A DNA stretch of 64,000 nucleotides. Origin: Octopus vulgaris (taxonomy: Eukaryota). The stretch spans positions 25,916,001 through 25,980,000 of the forward strand of contig OX597817.1 of NCBI GenBank assembly GCA_951406725.2, given 5' to 3'. The number at the start of each line of letters is the position of its first letter. Position 1 is the first letter of the stretch. Below the pieces are notes generated by a model that saw only the letters and a list, made by a program, of their open reading frames with translations, was not told where the DNA came from and made no database searches. Below are positions 38,763-52,420 of this stretch, in pieces. Both the position numbers and the translations under genes were made by a program.

Positions 38763-41700
38763 GTCATTCAGACTTTAGCTGTATGTTTAGCAAAGAATTC
38801 TGAAAAAAATGCTGGCTAATGACAGAGATCAATCTTTGTACTAATTATCTTTTATAAACTTACTAAATATTTGATGTACCCACAGATTTAAACAAAGAGT
38901 TACAGTGATATTTCTTAGATAATATATGCAAATGATTCTGTCTAGCTTTGCGTGTGTATGTGTGTTGAAATGCCATTTAATATAAAGAGAAGATACAAAG
39001 TGATACTTAATAGAATAAGAAATAATTTCAGCTTTAACTCTTAGCCACTCTTGTATGGAAATAAACTTGAGAATCTTATCTATAGGAAAGAGACTCATGT
39101 ATTTGGAAGTGTAGTAAGTAGAAATAATTGATAAGTTACTGTTCTGCTGATTACCTTGTCATGACATATATCAGTTGTGTATTTAAAGTACTGGACCACC
39201 TAGTCTTTAGGGAATGAAAAGAGGACACCAAGTAATGGATATTCTGTATAATGACTAGAAGTCCTATGAACTAACAACCCATACAAGAATAATTCTGTTT
39301 CATTAGTTCACTCAGTAGAATTGGATGGCAAAGTGTCATATTACAACAATGAAATCCTACTCAGACACTTTTACACTTTCAAGAACAAACTAATTCGAGG
39401 AATTTTAAGCATCAGCTTGTAGATGCAGGTAAGAATTGAAAAGATAAGAGAGGTTACAAGTGTTATCTATATAGATGAGCAGCTCTTGAGAAAGAAATGA
39501 AGATGATATGGATACTTTCTATGTATTCAACCAGATAAACTATGATGGGAGACAACACACTAGAAGCCAAATGAAATATGAACACAATTATATAGTTAGT
39601 AAGTGATTTGTTTTACGCTATGATCATAGGTCAACACAAGGTGTTGATGGGGGACACATGCCCCACTCAAGATAAAAAGTGTGCCCTCTTAAATAATGTT
39701 ATTACACCCTTTTCTTCTGGAATTGTATTCCCTTCTGACCTTGTACCTTGCCTTTGAAAGACTCCTGGGACTGGACCTGATGATAATCTGTCTGTTAATT
39801 CTTAAATTGCATATTCTCTATATTACATATAGTTTGCACTGCAGGTTATTCATTCCATCAGCTGTTGACTGAAGGTCACAGGGGTTATTGCTCCTTCCCA
39901 CTGTATCACTGCCTCCAGCAATGTAGAGCAACATTGACATTTAGGGCTACTGCAGCACATGCCAATTATACAACAACTAATCTATTAACAACTGAGAATT
40001 TTTTTTTTTTTGGATCCAAGATATTATTTTTCATTTTCATGTCATAGTCACAACCATAGCAAAGAACCCTTTGCTTCCCTCAGCAATTCATGATTTATTG
40101 GTCCATTAACCTTCCTAAACATTACTGTCTCATGATATGACCATAACATTTTCATGACTCTGAATTAATACAACTTAACAGGCAAGCAGATTGCAATGTT
40201 TAATTTATGTGGATTGCATTAAAAGTTGTATATGTTTCTAAATTATGTGTCCTGTCCTTACAAATTATAAAACTTTCTAAAGATGTTGAAACAACAACTT
40301 GCATAAAGTTAGAAAAAAAATTTAACACATGAAAGATATAAATATGCCTTCCCTTCCATATATATCTAAATACACACACATGTATACATATATCGTCTTG
40401 TGCTTATATTTGTGTTTCTTTTAGTCTCTTCTCATACACAACATCAAATAGTTATTATTTATAAGTTTAGATTCACAATCATTTAACCATGTTTCTTCCT
40501 CTAGACACACTATTTACTGATGGTTGACTACAAAGCTACCATTAAACACAATTACCAATAATTTAGACAAGAAACTATTACTGGTAACTTACACAATTTC
40601 CTGAATGCACTTCCAAATATATGAGTCTCTTTTCTAGATATAACAATCTGAGCTTTATTCCTATCTAGGATTGGCTCAGAGCAAAAGATGAAAGTATCTT
40701 GTAATCTTCTCTGTCCATTAATTATCAGTTGGTGTCTTGTCTTCTCTCTATAATGCAAAGCTGTATCACATGACAGCTCAATGCACACATACATACTAGT
40801 ACATATACATGCTGCAAGCGCACATGCAGACACAGACTGTCTCTAAACATATTTACCCAGAGACACACGCTAACGCAAATACTATAGCATAGAACAACCA
40901 AAGAATATCAGATAATAGAAAAACAATACCAGACCAAGAACTGATACTTTGTATTTTCCTCTATGCTTTGATTCATAGATTCCTCAATCATCTTTAGGCT
41001 GATGTGTGTTTTAACATTTATGCATTATCGTGGTTAGAAATTGAACATATCAAACTGATGGGAAAAATCACAAGTGATATGTTTTTTATCTATTTCACTA
41101 ATGTTTTGAAGGGTGACTTTACTCACTAAAGATTTGTGAATTCAGGAAGGTGCAGCACTTGTGATTTCAAGGTTCTGTACTACTGAGTGAGTAAAGAGAA
41201 GGCATCAAGAGATGGATATGCTGTCTAACTAAAGTCATGAAGTTTCACAGATTAATAACCTATATCAGAGGAAGGTTCAATTTTTCACAGATTACATCAG
41301 TGGTAGTTTATGGCAAAGAATTTTAGTATGACAATGAAACTATAACCAGATTTTTCTGTGTTTTCAAAAGCAAAACATTAAGAATAATTTTAAGCATCTG
41401 ATGGCAAGAATATGTAAGAAATGGAGTAATGAGAGAGTTGACAAATGTTATTTATATAGGTGAGTAGCTCTGAGAAACAGATAGTGATGGTTTGAACACA
41501 TCATGTGTATCTGCCAAATAAAGTATTATGGGAGCAATTGATTTTAAAAGGAGGTAGTTCAAGAGAGAGAGAGAGAGAGGGGGGGGAGAAAACATATTAC
41601 AATGGATAAGATTTGTACATTTTCTGCTCTCATATGATTACAGTAGCTGGATAGAGGTGTATTTAGAAGAGTGGAGGAGGGACAGGTATTAAGAAAACAA

Positions 41701-41989
41701 GAGGTGTGGAAGGCTTGACATAGACAAATTTAATGCTGGTACAGGACTAAGTGAGTGTATAGGCATAAATATAGTGTATTTTAGGGGTTTATTTTCATGA
41801 AGATAGGCAGGTTTTCTCAGATGCAGTGAAGTGCTAATCAGATTCATCCTTTTTTAGTGAGCTTCAATATCATGAGATCAGTCTTCACTTCTTTGTCTCA
41901 TCCCATCTGGATTTAACAGTTTACGCTTCTTTATGCTGCTGCTCTCACTCATATACATCACATGACTCTACCATCAGAGTTTTCTCTCT

Positions 41990-42222
41990 TATTTCTTTAT
42001 TGCCCACAAGGGGCTAAACACAGAGGGGACAAACAAGGACAGACAAAGGCATTAAGTTGATTACATCGACCCCAGTGGGTAACTGGTACTTAATTTATTG
42101 ACCCTGAAAGGATGAAAGACAAAGTCGACCTCGGTGGAATTTGAACTCAGAACATACCAGCAGACGAAATACCGCTAAGCATTTCACCCAGCATGCTAAT
42201 GTTTCTGCCTGCTCGCTGCCCC
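41990..42222 (-). mobile_element. SINE family B
   Basis: Full-length; AGAGT(T/C)TTCTCTC flanking repeats. Confidence 0.9.
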
Positions 42223-43027
42223 ATAAAGAGAGTCTTCTCTCCTGCACACTGCATCTAATTCTTCTAATATGTAAGCCTACTCAAAGATGTCCTCTCTCTT
42301 CTCCCACCTGTCAACAGTATCATTACTACCCTACTGCTAGTACCCTTTAGTATCCCAAATTGTCTCATCCCATCTGGATTTAACAGTTTACGCTTCTTTA
42401 TGCTGCTGCTCTCACTCATATACATCACATGACTCTACCATCACAACCTTGTTATCTCCTTGGAGATAACTCCAATTCATTCTCACTCTGTCTCTAAATG
42501 TGGATAAACCATGTCACTCCTCTACAATGAGAACTGCTCTACTCCAAACTCTACCTTAACTTGCCATCCTAACATATGGACGTGACATCTTCCTCCCTGA
42601 CTTGGAGCTACATGGTAACCTCAATTTACTCAATGGTAACACTCTGTCAGTTATGATGGCAGGTGTTCCAGTTGATCCGATCAACAGAACAGCTTGCTCA
42701 TGAAATTAACATATTGAGCACTCCACAGACACATGTGCTCTTAACATAGCTCCCAGGGAGATTCAGCATGACACAGAGTGTGACAAGGCTGGCCCTTTGA
42801 AATAGAGGTACATTTTTGCCAGCTGGGTAACATGAGAAAAGCACCCAGTAAAAACTGTGAAATTGGTTGGCATTAAGAAGGACAATCAACCACAGAAACT
42901 ATGCCAGAGCAATCACTAGAGCATGATGCAGTCAAACTTTTCAAACTGCCTAACTCATACAAACATTGGAACATGACCTTCCCCTGATGATGATGACTGA
43001 TGATGATAATGGTGACAGATGTTACCT

Positions 43028-44038
43028 TTACATCCTTTTACTCCCTGTTCCAGTCATGTGACTGTGGCCATGCTGGAGTACCGCCTTTGCAAAGCTATCA
43101 CTCTTTCCATCCACAACCTTGTTATCTCCTTGGAGATAACTCCAATTCATTCTCACTCTGTCTCTTTTGCTGAACCACTAAGTTACGGGGACGTAAACAA
43201 GCCAGCATCAGTTGTCAAGCGATGTTGGGAGGACAAACACAGACACACAAACATACACACACACACACACACACACATATATATGTATACATATATATAT
43301 ATATATACACACATATATGACAGGCTTTCTTTCAGTTTCCGTCTCAAATCCACGCACAAGGCTTTGGTCGGCCCGAGGCTATAGCAGAAGACACTTGCCC
43401 AAGGTGCCACACAATGGGACTGAACTGTGATCCATGTGGTTGGTAAGCAAGCTACTTACCACACAGCCACTCCTATGCCCATTCATGTTGATGATGATGA
43501 TGAATAGACTTTTTTGCACAGTTAGGTAAAAATAGGTAAAACAATAAATATAAATGAGACAAAAAAAAGGATTGAATTCACTTTATTTACAAAAGTAATT
43601 AGACATCATTCTTCTTCTTGTGTGCCATGTCATGCCATGATTTAGAGCAGAATTTTCAACATTCTCATACGCACAATCATTGATTCAAGCCAAATATTGA
43701 CACACTGTTATGAGAACACTTTTTCCTCAAAGGCAAGCAAATCTTAAAGCAATTCTAAATTCTGATATAGATGATGATGATGATGATGATGATAATGGTG
43801 AAGATGATACTCTTTACTCTTTTACTTGTTTCAGTCATGTGACTGTGGCCATGCTGGAGTACCGCCTTTAGCCAAGCAAATCGATCCCAGGACTTGTTCT
43901 TTGTAAGCCTAGTACTTATTCTATCGGTCTCTTTTGCTGAACCACTAAGTTACGGGGACGTAAACAAGCCAGCATCAGTTGTCAAGCGATGTTGGGAGGA
44001 CAAACACAGACACACAAACATACACACACACACACACA
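43028..44038 (-). mobile_element. Two locally duplicated family A copies (43028-43480 chimeric; 43809-44038 3' half)
   Basis: About 110 bp identical including private variants (AACAAGCCAGCATCAGTT, GTTGGGAGGAC). Confidence 0.88.
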
Positions 44039-44250
44039 ACATGGAAAAGATCATATATATATATATCTCATATTCTGTAAAGCTTTTATAGCATCAAACA
44101 GGTCTGTGTTTGTCATTGTCTTGCATTCTCTTTTAGAATGTACCAATATTATAAGATATACTTATAATAATTAATATTTCCTTTCTGTTATGACAGCTAT
44201 TTCCCTACTGATGCTGGTGTTAATACAGTATGGTAAGATGGTTAAGAAAT

Positions 44251-44484
44251 GAAGGCTTCGAGCTGGCAGAAACGTTAGCATGCTGGGCGAAATGCTTAGC
44301 AGTATTTCCTCTGCCGCTACGTTCTGAGTTCAAATTCAGCTGAGGTCGACTTTGCCTTTCATCCTTTCGGGGTCGATTAAACAAGTACCAGTTATGCACT
44401 GGGGTCGATATAATCGACTTAATCCGTTCGTCTGTCCTTGTTTGTCCTCTCTGTGTTTAGCCCCTTGTGGGTAGTAAAGAAATA
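44251..44484 (+). mobile_element. SINE family B
   Basis: Perfect 19-bp TSD GGTAAGATGGTTAAGAAAT at 44232 and 44485. Confidence 0.95.
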
Positions 44485-45054
44485 GGTAAGATGGTTAAGA
44501 AATACCTTTCTCTGTCATAACCTTGAGGGTTCGATCTTACTGACTGATATCTTGGGCAAGTTTTTTTTTGTATTTACTATAGCATAAATTTCTTGCTATT
44601 GCCTTGTGAGTGAAATTGGGATGAAGGAAACTGCATTGAAGCCTGACAGATGAATTGTGCATGTAATTCATGCAACCCTAGTTTTGTCATACACTGAGTC
44701 ACAATGAATCTGAGGGAGGATTAGGATAATTCTAAATTCTGATATAGATCATATGCTTTTGACACAAATATTCAAATGTTAACACATACAAATGGTCAGA
44801 TATTCTGACAAAAATCCATTATACCGCTGTTAGTGTTTCTAGTATTATTCCTGCACCTGCTGCACCATCACCATTACTTTAAAAAATGTACTTCTTTTAA
44901 AACAGGGTCCCACATGGTGAATAGATCTCTTCACAATCATGAACCCCTGCCAATTGTCTCATCAGACTCTTCTGCTTTTCTGGCATAACTGTTGCATTAT
45001 ATGAATGATTGAGGATGCCCAAAGAGGTAAACATTACAGCAAAGTATTCCACAT

Positions 45055-45460
45055 ATGTGCAGACATGGCTGTGTGGTAAGAAGCTCGCTTCCCAACCACA
45101 TCGTTCCAGTTTCAGTCCCACTGCATGGCATTTTGAGCAAGTGTCTTCTACTATAGCCAGTGGCTAACCAAATCTTTGTGAGTGGATTTGGTAGATGGAA
45201 ACTAGAACAAGCCTGCCGTATGTGTGTGTGTATGAGTGTGTGCATGTGTATATATGTGTGTGTGTGTGTTTCTTTGTGTCTGTGTTTGTCCCCCCCCCCA
45301 CTACCATTTGATAGCCAGTGTTCGTGTGTTTATGTTCCTGTAACTTAGCAGTTTAGCAAAAGAGACTAATAAAATAAGTACTAGGCTTTAAAAAGTAAAA
45401 AGTCTTCAGTGGAGTGCACCAGCATGACCGCTGTCAAATGACTGAAACAAGTAAAAGATA
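45055..45460 (+). mobile_element. SINE family A (older)
   Basis: Collinear match to family A. Confidence 0.85.
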
Positions 45461-45490
45461 AATGAAGAGATAAAAGTTTGCTGTTAATAT

Positions 45491-45870
45491 TTGTTTGTTT
45501 GTTTGTTGAGCGAAGCGGTCTTCATCCTGTTGTGGGAGAAGTCCAAAACATGGTCCTTTGCTATTCGTAAGACCCGCAGAAGAGAAAGCAGGTCGACCCT
45601 CGACACCGAGAGCATCGATGGATGGATGAATGTGCATTCAGGCTCAGCAGTTGAGTAGGAAGTCGGGGACAAACAAGAAACAGGAAGAAAGAGTGAGAGA
45701 AAGTTGGAGTGAAAGAGTACAACAGGGGTCCCCACCAACCCCTGCTGGAGCCTCGTAGAGCTTTAGGTGTTTTCGCTCAATAAACACACACAACACCCGG
45801 TCTGGGAATCAAAACCGTGATCCTCCGACCACGAGTCTGCTGCCCTAACCACTGGGCCACTGTGCCTCCA
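45491..45870 (-). mobile_element. SINE family D variant, (AAAC)n tail
   Basis: Same head as 38370, different 3' half; 10-bp TSD CTGTTAATAT at 45481 and 45871. Confidence 0.9.
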
Positions 45871-46178
45871 CTGTTAATATGTATCACTGAGGTAGATAAA
45901 GCTTATTACTGTTGTAATTGTTTAGCTCCTGGTTAGCCCTGACTGAACAAACCCTTGATTACCCCACTATTCTCAAGATAGATGCTACATCTGGAACTAC
46001 ATTATCCAATGTATGAAAACCAGATTTATGAAAACAAGGAATCTACACTACACAGAAGCATTTAATTCATCTTTGACTCAAAAACCAACACTCAGCATGC
46101 ACACTCTACAAACATGCATTGATGAAGACCATAATTTCTAAATCATACAGATGAGTGTTGTAGAGATCATTCCTTTAA

Positions 46179-47078
46179 CCCTTTCATTACCAACCCAGTT
46201 GAAACCAGCTCTGGCTCTTTAGTACAAATGTCTTGTTTTCATAAGTTTTGAATTCAAATCTTCCACCAAATTTTAGTCTCAATTTATGTTAACACAAGCT
46301 CAATGATAATGAATTTCATTATCATCATCGTATAACGTCTGCTTTCCATGCTAGCATGGGTTGGACGATTTGACTGAGGTCTGACGAACCAGATGGCTGC
46401 ACCAGGCTCCAATCATATCTGGGAGAGTTTCTACAGCTGGATGCCCTTCCTAATACCAACCACTCCGAAAGTGTAGTGGGTGCTTTTACGTGCCACTGGC
46501 ACGAGGGTCAGTCAGGTGGTACTGGCAACGGCCATGCTCAAATGGTGCTTTTTATGTGCCACCTGCACAGGACCCAGTCCGGCGGCACTGGAAACAACCT
46601 CACTCAAATGTTTTTTCACATGCCACCAACACAACTGCTAGTAAGGCGACGCAGGTAACGATCACGCTCAAATGGTGTTTTTTACGTGCCATTGGTCCGG
46701 AGGCCAGCTTGTTGTTCTGGCCCCAATCTCACTTGTATGGTACTCTTAGCAGCATACAAGTGATTTTACTAAATTCTTTGTTATACTTAAACTAACTGGA
46801 AGAAACACATAGCATCATCATCATCGTTTAGCATCCGCTTTCCATGCTAGCATGTGTTGGACGTTCAACTGGGGTCTGCGAAGCCAGAAGGCTGCATCAG
46901 GCCCAGTCTGATCTGGCAATGTTTCTACAGCTGGATGCCCTTCCTAATGCCAACCACTCCATGAGTGTAGTGGGTGCTTTTAGCGTGCCAGACAAGTGAT
47001 TTTACCAAATTCTTTGTTATACTTAAAATAACTGGAAGAAACACATAGCATCTCAAAGTAAATACAGTAACGAAAGGG
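46179..47078. mobile_element. piggyBac-type MITE carrying two nested minus-strand family C insertions (~46318-46755 and 46817-46991)
   Basis: TTAA|CCCTTTCATTAC...GTAACGAAAGGG|TTAA; remaining sequence homologous to 27587-27808. Confidence 0.88.
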
Positions 47079-47895
47079 TTAAGAAGATCTAATCTGGATT
47101 TCACAATGGTAGGCTCCAAGAGACAAAAAGATAAGATTTAGAGAGAATATTCAGCTAACAGAGGAAAAGCACAGAGGAATACAGAGAGAAGAATAGGTGA
47201 AAACAGCAGCGATTGATTAAATCTGAACTGAATCCACATCTTCGATTATCTTAAGTTTTATTTTATTTTTGATATCAAAATTGCATTGGTTTTAAACAAA
47301 TGTCAATGAAATTTTAGCGAAAAAAAAATACCCTAGTAATTTAGCTTTCTGCTAATGCCGATGCAGCACAGCACAGCACAGCTATGCATTACGTTGTTGA
47401 TAGCTTTCTGTTTTTATCTGCTTGTATTAACTATCATGCACACACAAGAAAGTACCTTGAGAAAGAAATAGAAAAACAAAAACAAAAAAAAAAAGAAGCT
47501 GAATCTCAGCCAGTCTCCAATAAAAATGTCATTGTTATATTGCTGTGTTTGAGATTGGCTTCACCTTATTGATCTTCTTTAATGTTTTTCTAATTTCAGT
47601 CATTATCAGCATCGTAAATTGGTAGCAAGCTGTTGGCAAGCGCTAAGTCGTGTGACAGATTCAATTCTCAGATGGAGCAGTTTTACTTCTCACTCATTAC
47701 CAGATGCTTTTGCAAAAAGTATGATGGCAACTGTACATACGTTATTATTTTCTCTCTACTGGAAGTGAAAGCATTTTGTGTACATATAAATATAATGCTG
47801 TAGTTAAATGGCACGATGAGTAATGGACCCTGTCTTACTTGCCTGCCATGGTATACAGTATGATCATGAAACCCAAAAGATAATGAGATATTAGA

Positions 47896-48185
47896 AGGCA
47901 CATGGCTTAGTGGTTAGGGGCATTTGGCTCATGATTGTAAGGTTGTGAGTTCAATTCCTAGCGTCGCGTTGTGTCACGTTGCTCCAGTCCACTCAGCTGG
48001 CAAAAATGAGTAGTACCTCTATTTCAAAGGACCAGCCTTGTCACACACTGTATCACGCTGAATCTCCCCAAGAACTACGTTAAGGGTACACGTGTTTGTG
48101 GAGTGCTCAGCCACTTACGCATTAATTTCACAAATAAGCTGTTCTGTTGATCATATCAGCTAGAACCCTCGTTGTCACAACCAAT
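47896..48185 (+). mobile_element. tRNA-headed SINE (family D group)
   Basis: TGGCTTAGTGGTTAGG head; 3' half shared with the 38370 copy. Confidence 0.85.
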
Positions 48186-48208
48186 GGAGGGCTCCTATAT
48201 TAGATATC

Positions 48209-48438
48209 CTTTTCTTTACTACCCACAAGGACACACAGAGAGGACAAACAAGGACAGACAAACGGATTAAGTCAATTACATCGACCTCAGTGGGTAACTG
48301 GTATTTATTTAATCGACCCCGAAAGGATGAAAGGCAAAGTCGACCTCGGCAGAATTTGAACTCAGAACGTAACGGCAGACGAAATACCACTAATCATTTC
48401 GCCCGGCATGCTAATGGTTCTGCCAGCTCACTGCCTTA
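48209..48438 (-). mobile_element. SINE family B
   Basis: TAGATATC TSD at 48201 and 48439. Confidence 0.92.
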
Positions 48439-49668
48439 TAGATATCAGTGGTCAAAACATTATCTGAATTTAAAAAATATCATACTAAGTTAGCCTGGAT
48501 GTAAGGCATGAGTCATGCTTTCAATTCATTTCCCTTCTTGTTTTGGATATTAAGCTTACATCACCAGAGATTACTGATCATTTATTTTTTTAAATATTTG
48601 CCATTTGAAAAATAATTATTTTTGATTCTTGTTTTGACTCAAACAATAAAAGAACACCTTCAGTCTCCTCATTAATCCCTTAAAGTTGAGATGAAATTTT
48701 GGTCAATTAACCACTTGGAATGAAAAATCCTAACGGGCACTACATTATTGTCAGGATCTTATTATCGCTTTAATAAACCCCAACAGAACCAAATGTATTC
48801 TAATTCTAGTAAAATTAACCCACTGTCATGTCAGACTGCTCACAAGCTCTTTATCATTTTAGATCTGATTTTTCTTTTTTCTAATATTAATTTAGAAGTT
48901 CAGATGAAATTTTATTGTTTCTATTGCAATAGAAGAAGACAGTTCACTCAGTAGTTCCAGAACAGACTTAGAGAATATAAGCAGAGGCTCATAGATCAGA
49001 CACACCAAGTAAAAAACGTGTTGTATCGAGGAAAACGACCTAGAAATGACATCTGCATGGGAAAACAATTAGATAACACAGTCTTAACATGCATAATGTA
49101 AAGAGCACGTCAACTTTAATAAACCAAAAGCAAATTATGAACAACACATGCACACACAAGCATGCACACATCTACAAAGTACAATGAATTGGACTACAAA
49201 ATCAATGCCTTTTATGCTGTGTAATAAGAGATGACACTACAGAGAATTATTCTTTGCCAAGAAGGATGAATGGAAAAGAGTGAAAAATTATACAGATGGG
49301 AAAAAAATGAGCATATGCTGGTAGAATAAAAGGCAGGTTGACTAATTGCAGAATGGAATTAGGTGAGATTAAATAGTCTCTTGTAAATGAAATTCATGCA
49401 GGTCAGAGGCTAATGTTGGGCATATACTGAAGAAGTAGTTTGTTAAAGGTAGAAACGACGGTGTTCAAGATTATTTATGCTGGCATTTGTGTACATAACA
49501 ATGAGGAAAACAAATGAATGGGAGACCATGTGTAAATGTGTCTGAGATTGGTGAATGAAGAGTGTGGGAGGATAAGTGTTTAAGATAGAAGATTCTTTAT
49601 GAGGTAGAGTGAAGGAAGTAGAAACAATAGTTACAAAAGGGCCATTTGGGGTGTAAGTAATATTGACA

Positions 49669-50255
49669 AGGCAGCGAGCTGGCAGAAATGTTTGCATGCC
49701 GGATGAAATGCTTAGCAGTATTTCGTCTGCCGCTACATTCTGAGTTCAAATTCCGCCGAGGTCGACTTTGCCTTTCCTCCTTTTGGGGTCGATTAAATAA
49801 GTACCAGTTATGCACTGGGGTCGATATAATCGACTTAATCCGTTTGTCTGTCCTTGTTTGTTCTCTCTGTGTTTAGCCCCTTGTGGGTAGTAAAGAAATA
49901 GGTATTTCGTCTGCCACTACATTCTGAGTTCAAATTCCGCTGAGGTTGACTTTGCTGTTCCTCCTTTTGGGGTCGATAAATTAAGTACCAGTTACGCACT
50001 GGAGTCGATGTAATCGACTTAATCCGTTTGTCTGTACTTGTTTGTCCCCTCTATGTTTAGCACCTTGTGGGTAGTAAAGAAATTGGCATTTCAACTGTCT
50101 TTTATGTTCTGAGTACAAATTTTGCCAAGGTCAATTTGCCTTTCATCCTTTTGGGGTCGATAAATTAAGCGCCAGTTGTGTACTGTAGTTGATCAAAGCA
50201 ACTGGCCCCGTCCCTACAAAAATTTCGGGCCTTGCGCCTAGAGTAGAAAAGAATA
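49669..50255 (+). mobile_element. Family B tandem multimer (head plus 2-3 bodies)
   Basis: Second unit begins at the AAAGAAATA|GGTATTTCGTC junction; third unit is older, with a different 3' end. Confidence 0.88.
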
Positions 50256-50581
50256 TTGACATTATAATACATACATTCAATAGCCATGAGAAAATATTTA
50301 GAAGTGATGTAAACAAGACATGATACTGTATGTGCTGGGTAGATAGGTGAAGATGAAATTGTGTGGAGGACATATATAGATGTTTATCATTATGTGAAGG
50401 AGGTTTTAAAGAAAAGCTAATCAGTTATTGGGCAGGTAGAACTCTCCTGCACATTTTGCTAAACTTATATCATAGTATCATCTGCAAACTTGCTGTGCCC
50501 TTATTAATATATATATATGTGTATGTGTATGTGTGTGTATGTGTGTGTGTGTGTGTGCATATGCGTGTGTAGGTGTGTGGG

Positions 50582-50770
50582 TGTGACACGTAAAAGGCAC
50601 CCACTGCACTCTTGAAGTGGTTGGCATTAGGAAGGGCATCCAACTGAAGAAACCAAGCCAAAACCAGACTGGAGTCTGGTACAGCTCTCCAGCTTACCAG
50701 TTCCAGTCAAATTGTTTAACCCATGCCAGCATGAAAAATGGATGCTTAGCGATGATGATGATGATGATGA
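50582..50770 (+). mobile_element. Family C, 5'-truncated
   Basis: CACGTAAAAGGCACCCAC body and (GAT)n tail. Confidence 0.8.
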
Positions 50771-50909
50771 TATATACATATGTGATGATTGCTTCATCTT
50801 GAGAGATGATAGCCATCTCATCAACACACACACCACATCCCATCACATAATACAATACAATCACTCTCATATAACTAGCATATGATCTTGAAGATGGGCA
50901 CGCATCCAT

Positions 50910-51752
50910 GTTTGGTTTGTCCTAGGCATATGAGACTACACTGAGTCTTGGTGGATGATGTACAGTCTTCCACTGCATACTCTATGTATCCAAGGCCTCA
51001 CAACTTTCCCCAACACTTCTGTGTAGATAGCAGCATTGCCTCTTAAACCCTGTGATAAAAGAAGGCATGACATCTCCTTCATTGCTGATGACTCCCAGAA
51101 CCATCACAGTTGCCAAAAATTTAGTAACAATGACAATTGGAACTTCATTCAGGTAGCTCCACAATTATCGGTCATTCCTTCAGCTTACCTTTTGGTCCTG
51201 ATTGAAGTTTTTTTCTCATCAGAGAAAAGCCAAAACACTCCAGCCTAGCAAACACTTTGTATGGATCAAAACATTCTCTGTTGATATCTAGCATCAACTG
51301 ACCTCCTCCACATCATATACAGCTTGTACTGGATGTTGCCATGCACAACTCTTCTGATGGTGTGTTTTGAAATTTTGAAATACTTTGTAATGGCTCTAAT
51401 TGTCTTTCTGGGGATTTTGTTAATTATTTCTTGGACTTCAGAGCAAAGTTATGTTCTCTGGTGGTATTAGAACCATGTGCATGTATTCTGCATTCAGCTA
51501 CAGAAGCTGAAAACCTATCAGCATCCTCTAACTCTTTTGAAACTTTAACAATGAAAGACTAAGTAATTTTCAAGAAGTGAGCTATCTCTATATCACAATG
51601 CTGTGCATTTAAGGCAATGATTACAGCATGTGTTTTCAGTTGCTGAGTCAACCTGATGCCTAATGCTATTTGTGTGGAAGATACAAAAAATACAAGTTAG
51701 AAGAAAGTTAAAGCTTTTGAAAGAGGTGTCCTCAAAAAGCCAACACACCCTG
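50910..51752 (-). mobile_element. Decayed Tc1/mariner-superfamily transposon, maT (DD37D)-like
   Basis: Terminus TA|CAGGGTG at 51754-51746. Translations HAVIIALNAQHCDIEIAHFLK, LFSDEKNFNQDQK..NDR, EVPIVIVTKFLATVMVLGVISNEGDVMP and LYIIHQDS (FQQDSAPAH-equivalent). Stops and deletions; third catalytic D not seen. Confidence 0.82.
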
Positions 51753-51829
51753 TATATGTGTGTGTGTGTGTATGTATATATGTATATAGTATGCTATTTA
51801 CATGATATCATGAGATACCAGTGTGATAC

Positions 51830-52032
51830 AAATGGCACCTGGGCTGGTGGCACATAAAAATAAAAGCACCCATTACACTCTTGGAGTGGTTGGTGTTAGG
51901 AAGGGCATCCAGCTGTAGAAAACAACGCCAAATCAGACTGGAGTCTGGTGCAGCTTCCAGCTTACCAGCCCTGGTCAAACTGTCTGACCTAGGCCAGCAA
52001 GGACAACAGACATTAAATGATGATGATGACGA
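51830..52032 (+). mobile_element. Family C, 5'-truncated
   Basis: Shared body and (GAT)n tail. Confidence 0.8.
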
Positions 52033-52059
52033 TTATATATATATATATATATACACAGA

Positions 52060-52092
<33 letters not shown>

Positions 52093-52291
52093 ATATGTAT
52101 TGGCGATTTTCTTCCTCCAGCTTCCCTTCTATTGGACCTTTCTCTGTTTCCGAAGAAAAGCATCTGCTCGAAAGGTTAAACCATTTTTCTTTCCTTTCTG
52201 AGTGTCTGCTAATACTTTACATGTACCACGTCCTCATGCTGTTGTTTTTTGTGTTTCCTCGTTTTGGGATTTACTCTCTCTCTCTCTCTCT

Positions 52292-52327
<36 letters not shown>

Positions 52328-52420
52328 AATGTAGGATAAAACTTTTTCGAAAAAATTATTTTCCAAAAAAACTTTTATCAATGGCCAGCATATTAAAAAA
52401 TACCTTTAAAGGTTAAATTT

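Noticed and set aside
46478-46700. Repeat-spacer pattern superficially like a CRISPR array
   Set aside because: Eukaryotic context, repeats are internal modules of dispersed family C, spacers are partly homologous, no cas genes.
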